From positions 1 to 64,000 of the forward strand of contig JBEKCB010000013.1 of NCBI GenBank assembly GCA_050015075.1: a stretch of DNA of 64,000 nt, in the 5' to 3' direction. A program made the position numbers and the translations under genes. Each line of letters starts with the position of its first letter. Position 1 is the first letter of the stretch. Shown here in pieces: positions 47,704 through 56,630 of the stretch. The stretch is from Candidatus Brocadiia bacterium. Lineage in GTDB: Bacteria; Planctomycetota; Brocadiia; CAIUPP01. Below the pieces are notes generated by a model. That model was not told where the DNA came from, searched no databases, and saw only the letters and a program-made list of their open reading frames with translations.

Positions 47704-49122
47704 ATGAAGAAGGTGCTTTTCATATCCTATTTCTTTCCGCCCTCGGCCGGCTCGGCCGCGAAGTGCACCGCGCCCTTCGCGAAGTACCTGCGCGAGTTCG
47801 GATACGAGCCGATCGTCCTCGCGCCGGAGCCGCGGACGTTCGCCGAGGACCCGCTGTCGCTGGGCGTGGACCACTCGGGCGATGCCGAGATCCCGCGCGA
47901 CGTGCGCGTCTACCGCGTGCCGCCGTGCGAGCCGTTCGAGCTGCTGCGCCTGCTGAAAAAACTGAAGCTGCTCTGGGTTTTCCATTTCTTCGCGCGGCCC
48001 GACGAGCGGCTCACCTGGTCGCTGGCGGCGATCGCGAAAGGGCTCGACGTCGCGCGGAGCGAGAACGTGGACCTGATTTGCCAGAACCTCGGCCCCTGGA
48101 GCACGTCGGCGACCGGCTACGTGCTGAAATCGGTCCTGCAGAAGCCGCTCGTGTACGACATCAACGATCCATGGACGCAGTGGGCGCTGGGCGTCTGGCC
48201 GACGCCGCTGCATTTCGCGCTGGAACGCCGGATGGAATCGCGCGTCCTGGCCAAGGCGGACGGTATCAGCATGCGCGGCGACACCTATCGCGCGGAACTG
48301 CTCCAGGCGCACCCGGAACTCGATCCGGCGAAGGTCGTCGTCTTCCCGAACGGCTACGATTCGAGCCGTTTGCCGTCGCGCGAGGAGTTGCTGCGCGACC
48401 GGCCCGCCGACGGCCTGCTCCGCATCGTCCACGCCGGAAAATTTTACGACACGTGGGGCCGCCAGGACCGGACCGCCCTGAGCGCAACGCTCAAGTGCGC
48501 CTACGACGCCACGCTGGGCCGGCTGCGGTACTCGCCGCGCGGGCTCGATACCGCCGTCGCCGGGCCGCGCTTTCTCCTGGAAGGTCTCGCGCTCGCGCGA
48601 CGGCGCGATCCCGCCGCGGGGCGAATCCGGCTGGAGTTCATCGGCCGCGTGCATCCCAGCGTCCGCCGGCAGGTCGAGGCGCTCGGCCTCGGCGACGTCG
48701 TCAGGTTGCCCGGCCCGATGCCGCACGACCAATGCCTGCGAAAACTCTTCCAGGCCGATGCGCTTTTCCTGCCGCTCTTCCGCTGGCGCGACGGCGCGCG
48801 CATGGGCGTGCTGCCGCTGAAGCTGTACGAGTACATGGCGACCGGAAACCCCGTCCTCGCCGCCGTGTCCGAGGGCGACCTGAAGGACACGCTCGGACGC
48901 GCCGGCACCGGCATCTTCGTCCGGCCGGACTCGCCGGAGGATTTCGCCGACGCGCTCCTACGCCTCCAGCGCGAGCACGCCGGCGGCGGCATCCGCGTCG
49001 CGCCGGACTGGGACTATATCCGGCAGTTCGAGCGCCGCGCGCTCACGGGGCGGCTGGCGAAACTCATGGACGCGGTCCTCGAGAATCACGCCAGAGGCCG
49101 CCTGAAAAGAAAAGGGGCATGA
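47704..49122 (+). CDS. Glycosyltransferase family 4
   Basis: ISYFFPP, PNGYD and P.KLYEYMATG.P. Confidence 0.88.
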   Translation: MKKVLFISYFFPPSAGSAAKCTAPFAKYLREFGYEPIVLAPEPRTFAEDPLSLGVDHSGDAEIPRDVRVYRVPPCEPFELLRLLKKLKLLWVFHFFARPDERLTWSLAAIAKGLDVARSENVDLICQNLGPWSTSATGYVLKSVLQKPLVYDINDPWTQWALGVWPTPLHFALERRMESRVLAKADGISMRGDTYRAELLQAHPELDPAKVVVFPNGYDSSRLPSREELLRDRPADGLLRIVHAGKFYDTWGRQDRTALSATLKCAYDATLGRLRYSPRGLDTAVAGPRFLLEGLALARRRDPAAGRIRLEFIGRVHPSVRRQVEALGLGDVVRLPGPMPHDQCLRKLFQADALFLPLFRWRDGARMGVLPLKLYEYMATGNPVLAAVSEGDLKDTLGRAGTGIFVRPDSPEDFADALLRLQREHAGGGIRVAPDWDYIRQFERRALTGRLAKLMDAVLENHARGRLKRKGA

Positions 49123-50753
49123 TGAACGGAGAGGAAAAACCGAAACCGGCGCCGAGTCTCGCGGCCCGCGTCGCGATCGTCCTGGCCATCGTCCTGGCCG
49201 GCGCAGCGGTGCGCATGGTGATGGTGGCCGGAAAGGCCCAGTTGACTCACGACGAGTGCGACGCCTTCGTGCTCGCGCTCGGCCATGCGCCGCAATACTT
49301 CCACGCGCAGCAGGGCGCGTACCCGGCCGGCCAATGGGTGCCGGCGCGCGTCTGGAAGGACTTCCTGCGAGTGGACCAGCGGTTCTGCTTCGCCGCCATC
49401 CGCTACGGGTGCGCCTTCTACGACAATCATCCGCCGCTCTATTTCTCGCTGCTGCACGTGTGGATGCTGCTGATGGGCGTGACGCCCTGGTCGGGCGTGC
49501 TGCTCAACACGGCGATCGCCATGGCGACCACCGCGGCGCTGTACGGCTTCGCGCGCTTCCTGACCGGCAGCCACTGGGAGGCCGCCTTCATCGCCGCGGC
49601 CTGGGCGCTGAGCCCGATCGTCGTGTCGGTCGCGTTCGAGGCGCGCCCGTACGAACTCAAGGCGCTGATCGCGGTCCTCTTCGTGTGGCAGTCGCTTCGG
49701 ATGATCCGGAACGACCCGACCGCAGGCTGGGGAAACCGCACGGCGATACTGGTCACGGCGCTGGCCGGGATGCTGACCCATTATTACTTCGCGTTCGTGA
49801 TCGCGGCGACCGGGTTCTACGCGCTCGTCCGGCTGGCGCGGCGCGACAACCGGCGGCTGGCGCTCTGGATCGCCCTGTCCGCGGCCGGCTGCCTGCTCCT
49901 CTTCGCGGTCCATCCGGGAGCGCTCGGCGCCGTCGGCCGGCAGCAGCAGACCGTTCCGCCCTTCCAGGCCGAGAACCTGCCCGTGCGGGCCTACCGCGTG
50001 GGCACCACGCTCCTCGGGTTCGCCGCCTATCCTAAATTGCTGAAGGCGGCGCTGCTGGCGGCGCTGATCGTCGGCTTCGTCGCCGGGGCCGTCTGGGTTG
50101 GTCGGCACCGCGAGAAGGCCCTCGCGCTCTACAGGGCCAACGCCGCGGCGCTGATCCCGGTTTACTACTTCGCATTCGTGGGGAGCCTGATCATCCTGCT
50201 CTACATGGCCTTCTTCAGCCACGCCCTAGCGATGGGCGGCAAGTACCTGGCGGCGGCGTGGCCGTTTTGCGCGTTCATTCCGGCGCTGCTGCTGCGGCTG
50301 GTCCCGCGGCGCAAGGCGCTCGTCGCGGGAGTGTTCCTCGCGCTGCTGGCGGCGCAGAGCCTCTGGCAGGCGGCCAATGTCTGGCAGCGGTCGCCTGCGG
50401 CGGATCCTGCGCCCATTTTCGCCGGGCGCGCCCGCCTTCTCTGCGACGATCCGGTCCGAGGTTTCTTCCCGAGGGTGTTCATCCACGCGCCGGACGACAT
50501 GGTGGTCTTCGCCGCGCCGGTGAGCGATCTGCTCAAAAAGCCGGATACCTGGCTCAATGATCTGGGTCCCAGCGCGGTCTACGTGAGCGACTGCACCGAC
50601 GAGTTCGGGAACAGCGACGAGCTGACGCAAATGCTCGGCCTCGTCCGGCCGAACTATACGGCGACACTCCGCGGCGGTGGAATCTACGGCGTCGGCGAGG
50701 TGTTCATGCTCGATCGGTCCACGCCATCCGTTGCACGTCAAGGGAGCCATTAA
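49119..50753 (+). CDS. GT-C (ArnT/PMT-like) membrane glycosyltransferase
   Basis: HDE, HPPLYF.LLH.W, EARPY and THYY with many TM helices. The true start lies inside the 47424 ORF and overlaps the upstream stop (ATGA). Confidence 0.85.
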   Translation: MMNGEEKPKPAPSLAARVAIVLAIVLAGAAVRMVMVAGKAQLTHDECDAFVLALGHAPQYFHAQQGAYPAGQWVPARVWKDFLRVDQRFCFAAIRYGCAFYDNHPPLYFSLLHVWMLLMGVTPWSGVLLNTAIAMATTAALYGFARFLTGSHWEAAFIAAAWALSPIVVSVAFEARPYELKALIAVLFVWQSLRMIRNDPTAGWGNRTAILVTALAGMLTHYYFAFVIAATGFYALVRLARRDNRRLALWIALSAAGCLLLFAVHPGALGAVGRQQQTVPPFQAENLPVRAYRVGTTLLGFAAYPKLLKAALLAALIVGFVAGAVWVGRHREKALALYRANAAALIPVYYFAFVGSLIILLYMAFFSHALAMGGKYLAAAWPFCAFIPALLLRLVPRRKALVAGVFLALLAAQSLWQAANVWQRSPAADPAPIFAGRARLLCDDPVRGFFPRVFIHAPDDMVVFAAPVSDLLKKPDTWLNDLGPSAVYVSDCTDEFGNSDELTQMLGLVRPNYTATLRGGGIYGVGEVFMLDRSTPSVARQGSH

Positions 50754-50754
50754 A

Positions 50755-52116
50755 ATGTATGGCCCGGTTTTCCGCAATTTGATCTGGCCGGTCTGGGAGC
50801 GGCTGCACGGCCGGAAGACGCCCGGCTACCTGTCGGAACTCGAACGGACGCAGTGGCTTCCGATGCGCGAGGTTCTGGCGCGGCAGTCCGAGCGGCGCCG
50901 GCGCATCGTGGAGTATGCACACCGCGAAGTGCCGTTCTACCGTCAGCGGTTCGACGCGCTCGGGATTGATCCGGCGCGCTGCCTGGAGCCGGAGACCTGG
51001 CGGCGCATCCCGCTCCTGACGAAGTCGGACCTGCGCGAGCACTTGGAAGAGATGATCGCCGACCGCTTTCGCGGCAAGCCGCTCATCGTCTCGCACTCCG
51101 GCGGCTCGACCGGCACACCCGTCGAGTTCCGTTTCGACCGCGATTACTACGACCGCCGCATCGCCGGTTGGTATCGCGCCGACCGATGGGCCGGATGGGA
51201 CCTCGGCGAGCGGCACATCCTGTTCTGGCTCGGCGTCGGCACCGGCGTCGGCGAGCGCCGGAAGACCGAAGCCTGGAAGGAGCACCTGCACTGGCGTCTC
51301 CTCCGGTGGAAGACGCTCACCGTCACGCGCCTGAGCCCGGAGCGCATTCACCTATATCACCGGGAGCTGCTCAAGTATCGGCCGCGCTCGATCTACGGCA
51401 TCGGCAACGCCATGTACACCGTCGCGGCGCTCCTGGAAGAGGCCGGTCTGGAGCCTCCGCCGGTCCGGGGCATCATCGTCTCAGGCGAGAAGATCTTCGC
51501 GCACCAGAAGGAGCGCATCGCGAAGGTGTTCCGGTCGCCCGTCTTCGAGCGGTACGGCTGCCAGGAATTCACGAACATCGGCGAGGAATGCGACCGGCAC
51601 GACGGCATGCACATCAACGCGGACAGCCTCTACGTCGAGATCACCGACGACCAGGGCGCGCCGGTGCCGCCCGGCGAGGTCGGCCAGGTCGTGGTCACCA
51701 GTTTCGACTCGACAGCCATGCCGTTCATCCGCTACAAGATGGGCGACCTGGCCAGCCTGATCGAAAAACCGTGCGCGTGCGGACGCGGCCTGCCGCGCAT
51801 CGGCGAGGTCCTCGGGCGCGAGATGGACATGATCCACACGCCCGAGGGGAACATCTGCGCGGGGATCATGATGCCGCATTTCATGAAGGAATTCGCGCAC
51901 ATCCGCGGCTTCCAGTTCGTACAGGAGGAACTCGGGCGGCTGCGCGTGCGGCTGGTCCTGGAAAAGGGATTCGATAAGGCGATCCTCGGCTTCATGGAGG
52001 AGCAACTGCGCCGATATCTCGGGCCGACGATGAAAATCGAGTTCGAGTTCGTGGACGAGCTGGAAACGCTGATGTCCGGGAAGTACAAGATGGTGGTCTC
52101 CAAGCTGAAGAAATAG
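50755..52116 (+). CDS. Phenylacetate-CoA ligase-like adenylating enzyme (CapK-like)
   Basis: PFYR, HSGGSTGTP, YGCQE, MPFIRY..GD and SGK. Confidence 0.9.
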   Translation: MYGPVFRNLIWPVWERLHGRKTPGYLSELERTQWLPMREVLARQSERRRRIVEYAHREVPFYRQRFDALGIDPARCLEPETWRRIPLLTKSDLREHLEEMIADRFRGKPLIVSHSGGSTGTPVEFRFDRDYYDRRIAGWYRADRWAGWDLGERHILFWLGVGTGVGERRKTEAWKEHLHWRLLRWKTLTVTRLSPERIHLYHRELLKYRPRSIYGIGNAMYTVAALLEEAGLEPPPVRGIIVSGEKIFAHQKERIAKVFRSPVFERYGCQEFTNIGEECDRHDGMHINADSLYVEITDDQGAPVPPGEVGQVVVTSFDSTAMPFIRYKMGDLASLIEKPCACGRGLPRIGEVLGREMDMIHTPEGNICAGIMMPHFMKEFAHIRGFQFVQEELGRLRVRLVLEKGFDKAILGFMEEQLRRYLGPTMKIEFEFVDELETLMSGKYKMVVSKLKK

Positions 52117-52127
52117 GAGCGCGGGCG

Positions 52128-53243
52128 GTGAAGTTCGTCGTGGCACAAGTCATCAGTTCGTTCCAGGTCGGCGGCGCGGAGGCGCTGGCGCTCGAGCTGG
52201 CCTCGCGCGCGAGCCGCGACCGCTTCGAGCCGATCGCGATCGCGCTGAGGCACACCGGCGACATGGAGCCGCGCTTCCGGCAGGCCGGGATCGAGACGCT
52301 CATGCTCGGTTGCGCGGAAGGGCGCGGACTGGACCTCGGCGGCGTGGTGCGCCTGGCCGGGGCGCTTAGGCGGCGGCGCGTGAGGGTGCTGCACTGTCAC
52401 AATTCCATGGCGACGGTCTACGGCGTGCCCGCCGCGCGGCTGGCCGGCGTGCCGGTGATTGTCTGCACGCGCCACGCCGCGCCGACGATCTATAGCGACC
52501 GCGGGCGGCCGAGGCTGCTCGAACGGATGGCCATCCCGTTCGTGGACCATTTCGCGGCGGTGTCGAACGAGGTCCGCGAGACCGCCGCGCGGCTCGGAAG
52601 GCTTCCTGAGAAGCGCTCCAGCGTAATCTACAACGGCGCGGACATGCAGCGGTTCCGCCCGGCCGACCCGCCGAGGCGCGCGGAAAAGACCGCGCTGATC
52701 TGCGTCGCACGGCTCTCGCCGGAGAAGCGGCACGACGTGCTGCTCGCGGCGGTCCGGCGGCTGCTGGATTCCGGGCTCGCGCTCGAGTTGTCCATCGTCG
52801 GCGACGGGGCGACGCGCCCGGCGCTGGAGAAGCAGATCGCCGACCTGCGCCTGGAGGGCGCCGTCCGCCTGCTCGGCATGCGCGGCGACGTCGCCGAACT
52901 CCTGCGCGAGGCCGACCTCTTCACGATGCCGTCCTCCACGGAGGGAATGCCGATCACCGTCATCGAGGCCATGGCCTGCGCACTGCCGATCGTGGCGACG
53001 GCGGTCGGCGGGTTCCTCGAGCTGGTCAAGGAGGGCGAGAACGGCTTCCTGGTCCCGGTCGGCGACGCGGCGGCGCTCGCGCAGGCCCTAGGCCGGTTGA
53101 TCAAAGACCGCGACCTGCTCCACCGCGTCGGCGCGGTGAACCGGCGCGTCGCCGAGGAGAAGTTCGACATCGCCGACACGGTGCGCAACTACGAGGCGCT
53201 CTTCCTTCGGCTGCTGGAGGCGAAGATCGGAGGCCGCCGCTGA
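52128..53243 (+). CDS. Glycosyltransferase family 4
   Basis: GGAE, VARLSPEK and EGMPITVIEAMA. Confidence 0.92.
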   Translation: MKFVVAQVISSFQVGGAEALALELASRASRDRFEPIAIALRHTGDMEPRFRQAGIETLMLGCAEGRGLDLGGVVRLAGALRRRRVRVLHCHNSMATVYGVPAARLAGVPVIVCTRHAAPTIYSDRGRPRLLERMAIPFVDHFAAVSNEVRETAARLGRLPEKRSSVIYNGADMQRFRPADPPRRAEKTALICVARLSPEKRHDVLLAAVRRLLDSGLALELSIVGDGATRPALEKQIADLRLEGAVRLLGMRGDVAELLREADLFTMPSSTEGMPITVIEAMACALPIVATAVGGFLELVKEGENGFLVPVGDAAALAQALGRLIKDRDLLHRVGAVNRRVAEEKFDIADTVRNYEALFLRLLEAKIGGRR

Positions 53244-53278
53244 CGAAAGAGATCCCGAATTCGCCGCTGCGCTGCCTG

Positions 53279-54475
53279 GTGCTGGCGGACACGTTCCCCA
53301 GCGCGCTGGAGCCGTGGCGCGGCCCGTACAACCGCCGGCAGATCGAGTGCCTCGCGCGGCTCTGCCGCGTGACGGCGATGGACCCGATGCCCTGGCCGCG
53401 CCTGCTGCGGGACCGGCGCGCGTGGGCGCTTGCGGCGCGGCCTGACGGCGTGCTCGACGGGATGACGATCCATCATCCGGTCTTCTGGTACCTGCCGGTG
53501 CTCGGCCGCGGGCGGACGTGGCGCGGTGTGGCTTCCGCAGTCGAACGCGCTCTGAAGCGCGAGCCGGACGCGCGCTGGGACGTGATCCTGGCGACGTTCG
53601 CCTATCCGCACGGCCTGGCCGCCAAACGGCTGGCGGAGCGGATGGGCGTGCCGTACCTGATCAAGGCGCGCGGGAGCGACCTGCACTCGCTGCCGGCCTC
53701 CGGCGCGCGCCGCGAGCTGACCGGCGAGGCGATCCGCGGCGCGGCGGGCGTCGTCGCCGTCAGCCGGACCCTGGCCGAGATCGCGCTGCAGCTCGGCGCG
53801 AAGCCGGACGGCGTGCGCGTGCTCACGAACGGCATTGACGCGGCGGCGTTCCAGGTGCTGGACCGCGCGGGCGCGCGGCGAGAACTCGGCCTGCCGGAAA
53901 TCGGCAAGCTGGTCCTTTTCGTCGGGAGCCTTCTGCCGGTGAAAGGGATTGACGTGCTGATGGAGGCGTTCCTGGCGATGCGCGCGCGGAACCCGGCGCT
54001 TTTCGCGCAGACGCAGTTGCTGATCGCCGGCGAAGGGCCGAAGCGAAGCTGGATCGTCCGGCGCATGGCCGACGAGGGATTGAGCGGCTCGGTGAAGCTG
54101 CTCGGCCACGTCGGGCGGGAAAGGATCGCCCGGCTGATGAGCGCGGCGGACGTCCTGGCGCTGCCGAGCCGGAACGAGGGCTGCCCGAACGTCGTGCTTG
54201 AGGCCCTCGCCTGCGGCACGCCGGTCGTCGCGGCGCGGGTCGGCGCGGTCCCGGACCTGCTGGACGAAAGCAGCGGGATCATCGTGCCGCCGGAGGATCG
54301 CGCGCAGTTCGCCGCGGCGCTGGAGCGGGCGCTCGCGAGGCCCTGGGACCGCGCGGCGCTGCGGCGGCGCGTGGAAGGAATGTCCTGGGAAGCGAACGCG
54401 CGGGCGCTGTATGAAATGCTGGCGCTGGTGGTTGGGAGAGTGGGAGATTTGGAAACTGGGAAATTGGGAGATTAG
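53279..54475 (+). CDS. Glycosyltransferase family 4 (TuaC-like)
   Basis: GSD, FVG.L...KG and EG.PNVVLEALACG.PV. Start uncertain. Confidence 0.9.
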   Translation: MLADTFPSALEPWRGPYNRRQIECLARLCRVTAMDPMPWPRLLRDRRAWALAARPDGVLDGMTIHHPVFWYLPVLGRGRTWRGVASAVERALKREPDARWDVILATFAYPHGLAAKRLAERMGVPYLIKARGSDLHSLPASGARRELTGEAIRGAAGVVAVSRTLAEIALQLGAKPDGVRVLTNGIDAAAFQVLDRAGARRELGLPEIGKLVLFVGSLLPVKGIDVLMEAFLAMRARNPALFAQTQLLIAGEGPKRSWIVRRMADEGLSGSVKLLGHVGRERIARLMSAADVLALPSRNEGCPNVVLEALACGTPVVAARVGAVPDLLDESSGIIVPPEDRAQFAAALERALARPWDRAALRRRVEGMSWEANARALYEMLALVVGRVGDLETGKLGD

Positions 54476-54562
54476 GAGATTGGGAGATTGGGTCACGGAT
54501 AACCGCGTCACCCAATTTCCTGATTTCCCAATCTCCTAATCTCCCAGTTCCGAGGAAAGCGC

Positions 54563-55201
54563 ATGAAGTTTCTGACGGACCAGTTCCAGGAAGTGCAAAT
54601 CGAGAACGGCGGCCGCCGGCCGTGGCTCTTTCCCGACCTGCGCGCCGACATGCGCGCGAAGGCCGTCTGGTATTACGGGGCGCAGCGGCAGGGCCGGCTC
54701 GACGGCCTGCGAATGCTGATGAGCGACGGGAGCCTCTGCACCGTGCTGTACCGGCTGATGCGCGCGCTGCGGCGGATGCATCTCGGCCCTCTGGCCGCGG
54801 CGGTGTACAAGCTGAATGCGTTCCTGACGCGGGCGGTCATCGGGCGCGGCGCGGAGTTCGGGCCGGGGCTGATCATCCTGCACAGCGTCGGCGTCATCGT
54901 CAACACGGCGGTGCGCGGCGGCGAAAACGTGATCCTGGAGGGCGGCGTGACGCTCGGCGCTGAGAAGAAGCAGTCGCCGACGCTGGGCGACAACGTCTTT
55001 ATCGGAGGCGGCGCCAAAGTGATCGGAGGCGTTCGTCTCGGAAACGGCGCGCGCATCGGCGCGAACGCGGTGGTCGTGGAAGACGTGCCCGAAGGCGCGA
55101 CGGCGGTCGGCATCCCGGCGCGCGTGGTCCGTGTTCGCGGCGGCGAACATTCTGATTCACCACCAAGACACCAAGGCACCAAGGACGGAGAGTCAGGCTA
55201 A
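54563..55201 (+). CDS. Serine O-acetyltransferase-like (EpsC/CysE family) acetyltransferase
   Basis: GPGL.I.H..G, PTLGDNVFIGGGAKVIG, IGANAVV and VGIPAR. Confidence 0.88.
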   Translation: MKFLTDQFQEVQIENGGRRPWLFPDLRADMRAKAVWYYGAQRQGRLDGLRMLMSDGSLCTVLYRLMRALRRMHLGPLAAAVYKLNAFLTRAVIGRGAEFGPGLIILHSVGVIVNTAVRGGENVILEGGVTLGAEKKQSPTLGDNVFIGGGAKVIGGVRLGNGARIGANAVVVEDVPEGATAVGIPARVVRVRGGEHSDSPPRHQGTKDGESG

Positions 55202-55260
55202 CTTCAAAGGATTCGTTCTTGGTGTCTTGGTGCCTTGGTGGTTAAACTGGGCGCGGCAGC

Positions 55261-56517
55261 ATGCACGTATTGTATCACCATCGGACGGCCGGCGACCGCG
55301 TGGAGGCGGTGCACATCCTCGGGATCGTGCGCGCGCTGCGCGCGATGGGACACACCGTCGAGATTTCCAGCCCGCCCGGCTGCAACCCGGAACGCAAGGC
55401 GGCGGAGCCGCAACGCGCGGAAGGCCACGCGCCGCAGGAAGGGGCGCTGCGCGGCCGGCTGAAGCGGTTCGCGCGGAAGGCGCCGCCGTGGGTTTTCGAG
55501 GCCGCCGAACTAGGGTACAATGCGTATTCGCTCTTCGACATGCTGCGGCGCCGTTTTGCCACGGGCCGGCCGGAGATGATCCTCGAGCGGGCCACGTCGA
55601 ACAGCTTCGCGCCGACGTGGCTGGCCGGGCGGTGGAACGTCCCGATCGTTCAGGAAGTGAACGTGACGACGCGCATCGGCCGGCTGCGGCCGCTGGTGCT
55701 GCGCGGCACGACGCAGCGCATCGAGCGCTGGGTCTACGGGCGCGCGGCGGTGATCGTGACCGTCTCCCGCGCGTTCGAGCGCATGCTGGCCGAGGACGGC
55801 TGGCCGGCGGAGAAGATGCTGGTCTGCCAGAACGCGATTGACCCGGCGGAGTTCGCCCCGGAATCGGTGAAGCCCGCCGCGCGCCCGGCCGGAATGAAGG
55901 AGGCTTTCATCGCCGGCTACGTCGGCGCGTTCGTGCCGTGGCACCGCGTGGACTTGATGGTCGAGTCGGCGCGCGAGCTGGCGCCGCGATATCCGCGCCT
56001 GCGCTGGCTGCTGGTCGGCGACGGCGTCGAGCGGCCGCGGATCGAGAAGATGCTGGCCGACTTCGGGCTGGCGGAAAAATTCTGGCTGCCCGGCGCGGTG
56101 AAGCACTCACTGATCCCATCGTATCTGATGGCGATGGACGCGGCGGTGATGCCGCATTCGAACCTGTTCGGTTCGCCGATGAAGCTCTTCGAGTACATGG
56201 CGATGGGCCGCGCGGTCGTGATGCCGGACGTGCCGCCGATCGCCGAGGTCGTGGAAGACGGCGTGAACGGGATGCTCTTCCGCGCGGAGGACGCCGCGGC
56301 GCTCAGCGGCGCGCTGGCGAAACTCGTCGAGGACGAGGCGTTCCGGCGCCGGCTCGGAGCGCGGGCGCGGCAGGACGCGCTCGAACGGCACACCTGGGCG
56401 GCGAACGCCCGGCGGCTGCTGGCGGCAGTCGCGGAACATAAAGGATTAACCACCAAGGCGCCAAGGCACAAAGAAACAACAGCTTCCACCACGGAAAACA
56501 CGGAGCACACGGAATGA
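55261..56517 (+). CDS. Glycosyltransferase family 4
   Basis: G.F.PWH and SPMKLFEYMAMG. Confidence 0.9.
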   Translation: MHVLYHHRTAGDRVEAVHILGIVRALRAMGHTVEISSPPGCNPERKAAEPQRAEGHAPQEGALRGRLKRFARKAPPWVFEAAELGYNAYSLFDMLRRRFATGRPEMILERATSNSFAPTWLAGRWNVPIVQEVNVTTRIGRLRPLVLRGTTQRIERWVYGRAAVIVTVSRAFERMLAEDGWPAEKMLVCQNAIDPAEFAPESVKPAARPAGMKEAFIAGYVGAFVPWHRVDLMVESARELAPRYPRLRWLLVGDGVERPRIEKMLADFGLAEKFWLPGAVKHSLIPSYLMAMDAAVMPHSNLFGSPMKLFEYMAMGRAVVMPDVPPIAEVVEDGVNGMLFRAEDAAALSGALAKLVEDEAFRRRLGARARQDALERHTWAANARRLLAAVAEHKGLTTKAPRHKETTASTTENTEHTE

Positions 56518-56630
56518 ATTGCCTAAACACCTTCAGTGTCTTCCGTGTGTTCGGTGGTTGCAATATCAGCTGACGTTCTTGGCGCCTTGGTGGTGAGAAT
56601 GGGGTTTTCGGGAAACGGAGAGACTGAAGC

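Noticed and set aside
47424-49118. N-terminal 565 aa of the 1109-aa ORF
   Set aside because: An Arg/Pro-rich off-frame overlap with the FkbM and GT4 genes. The real GT-C gene starts at 49119.
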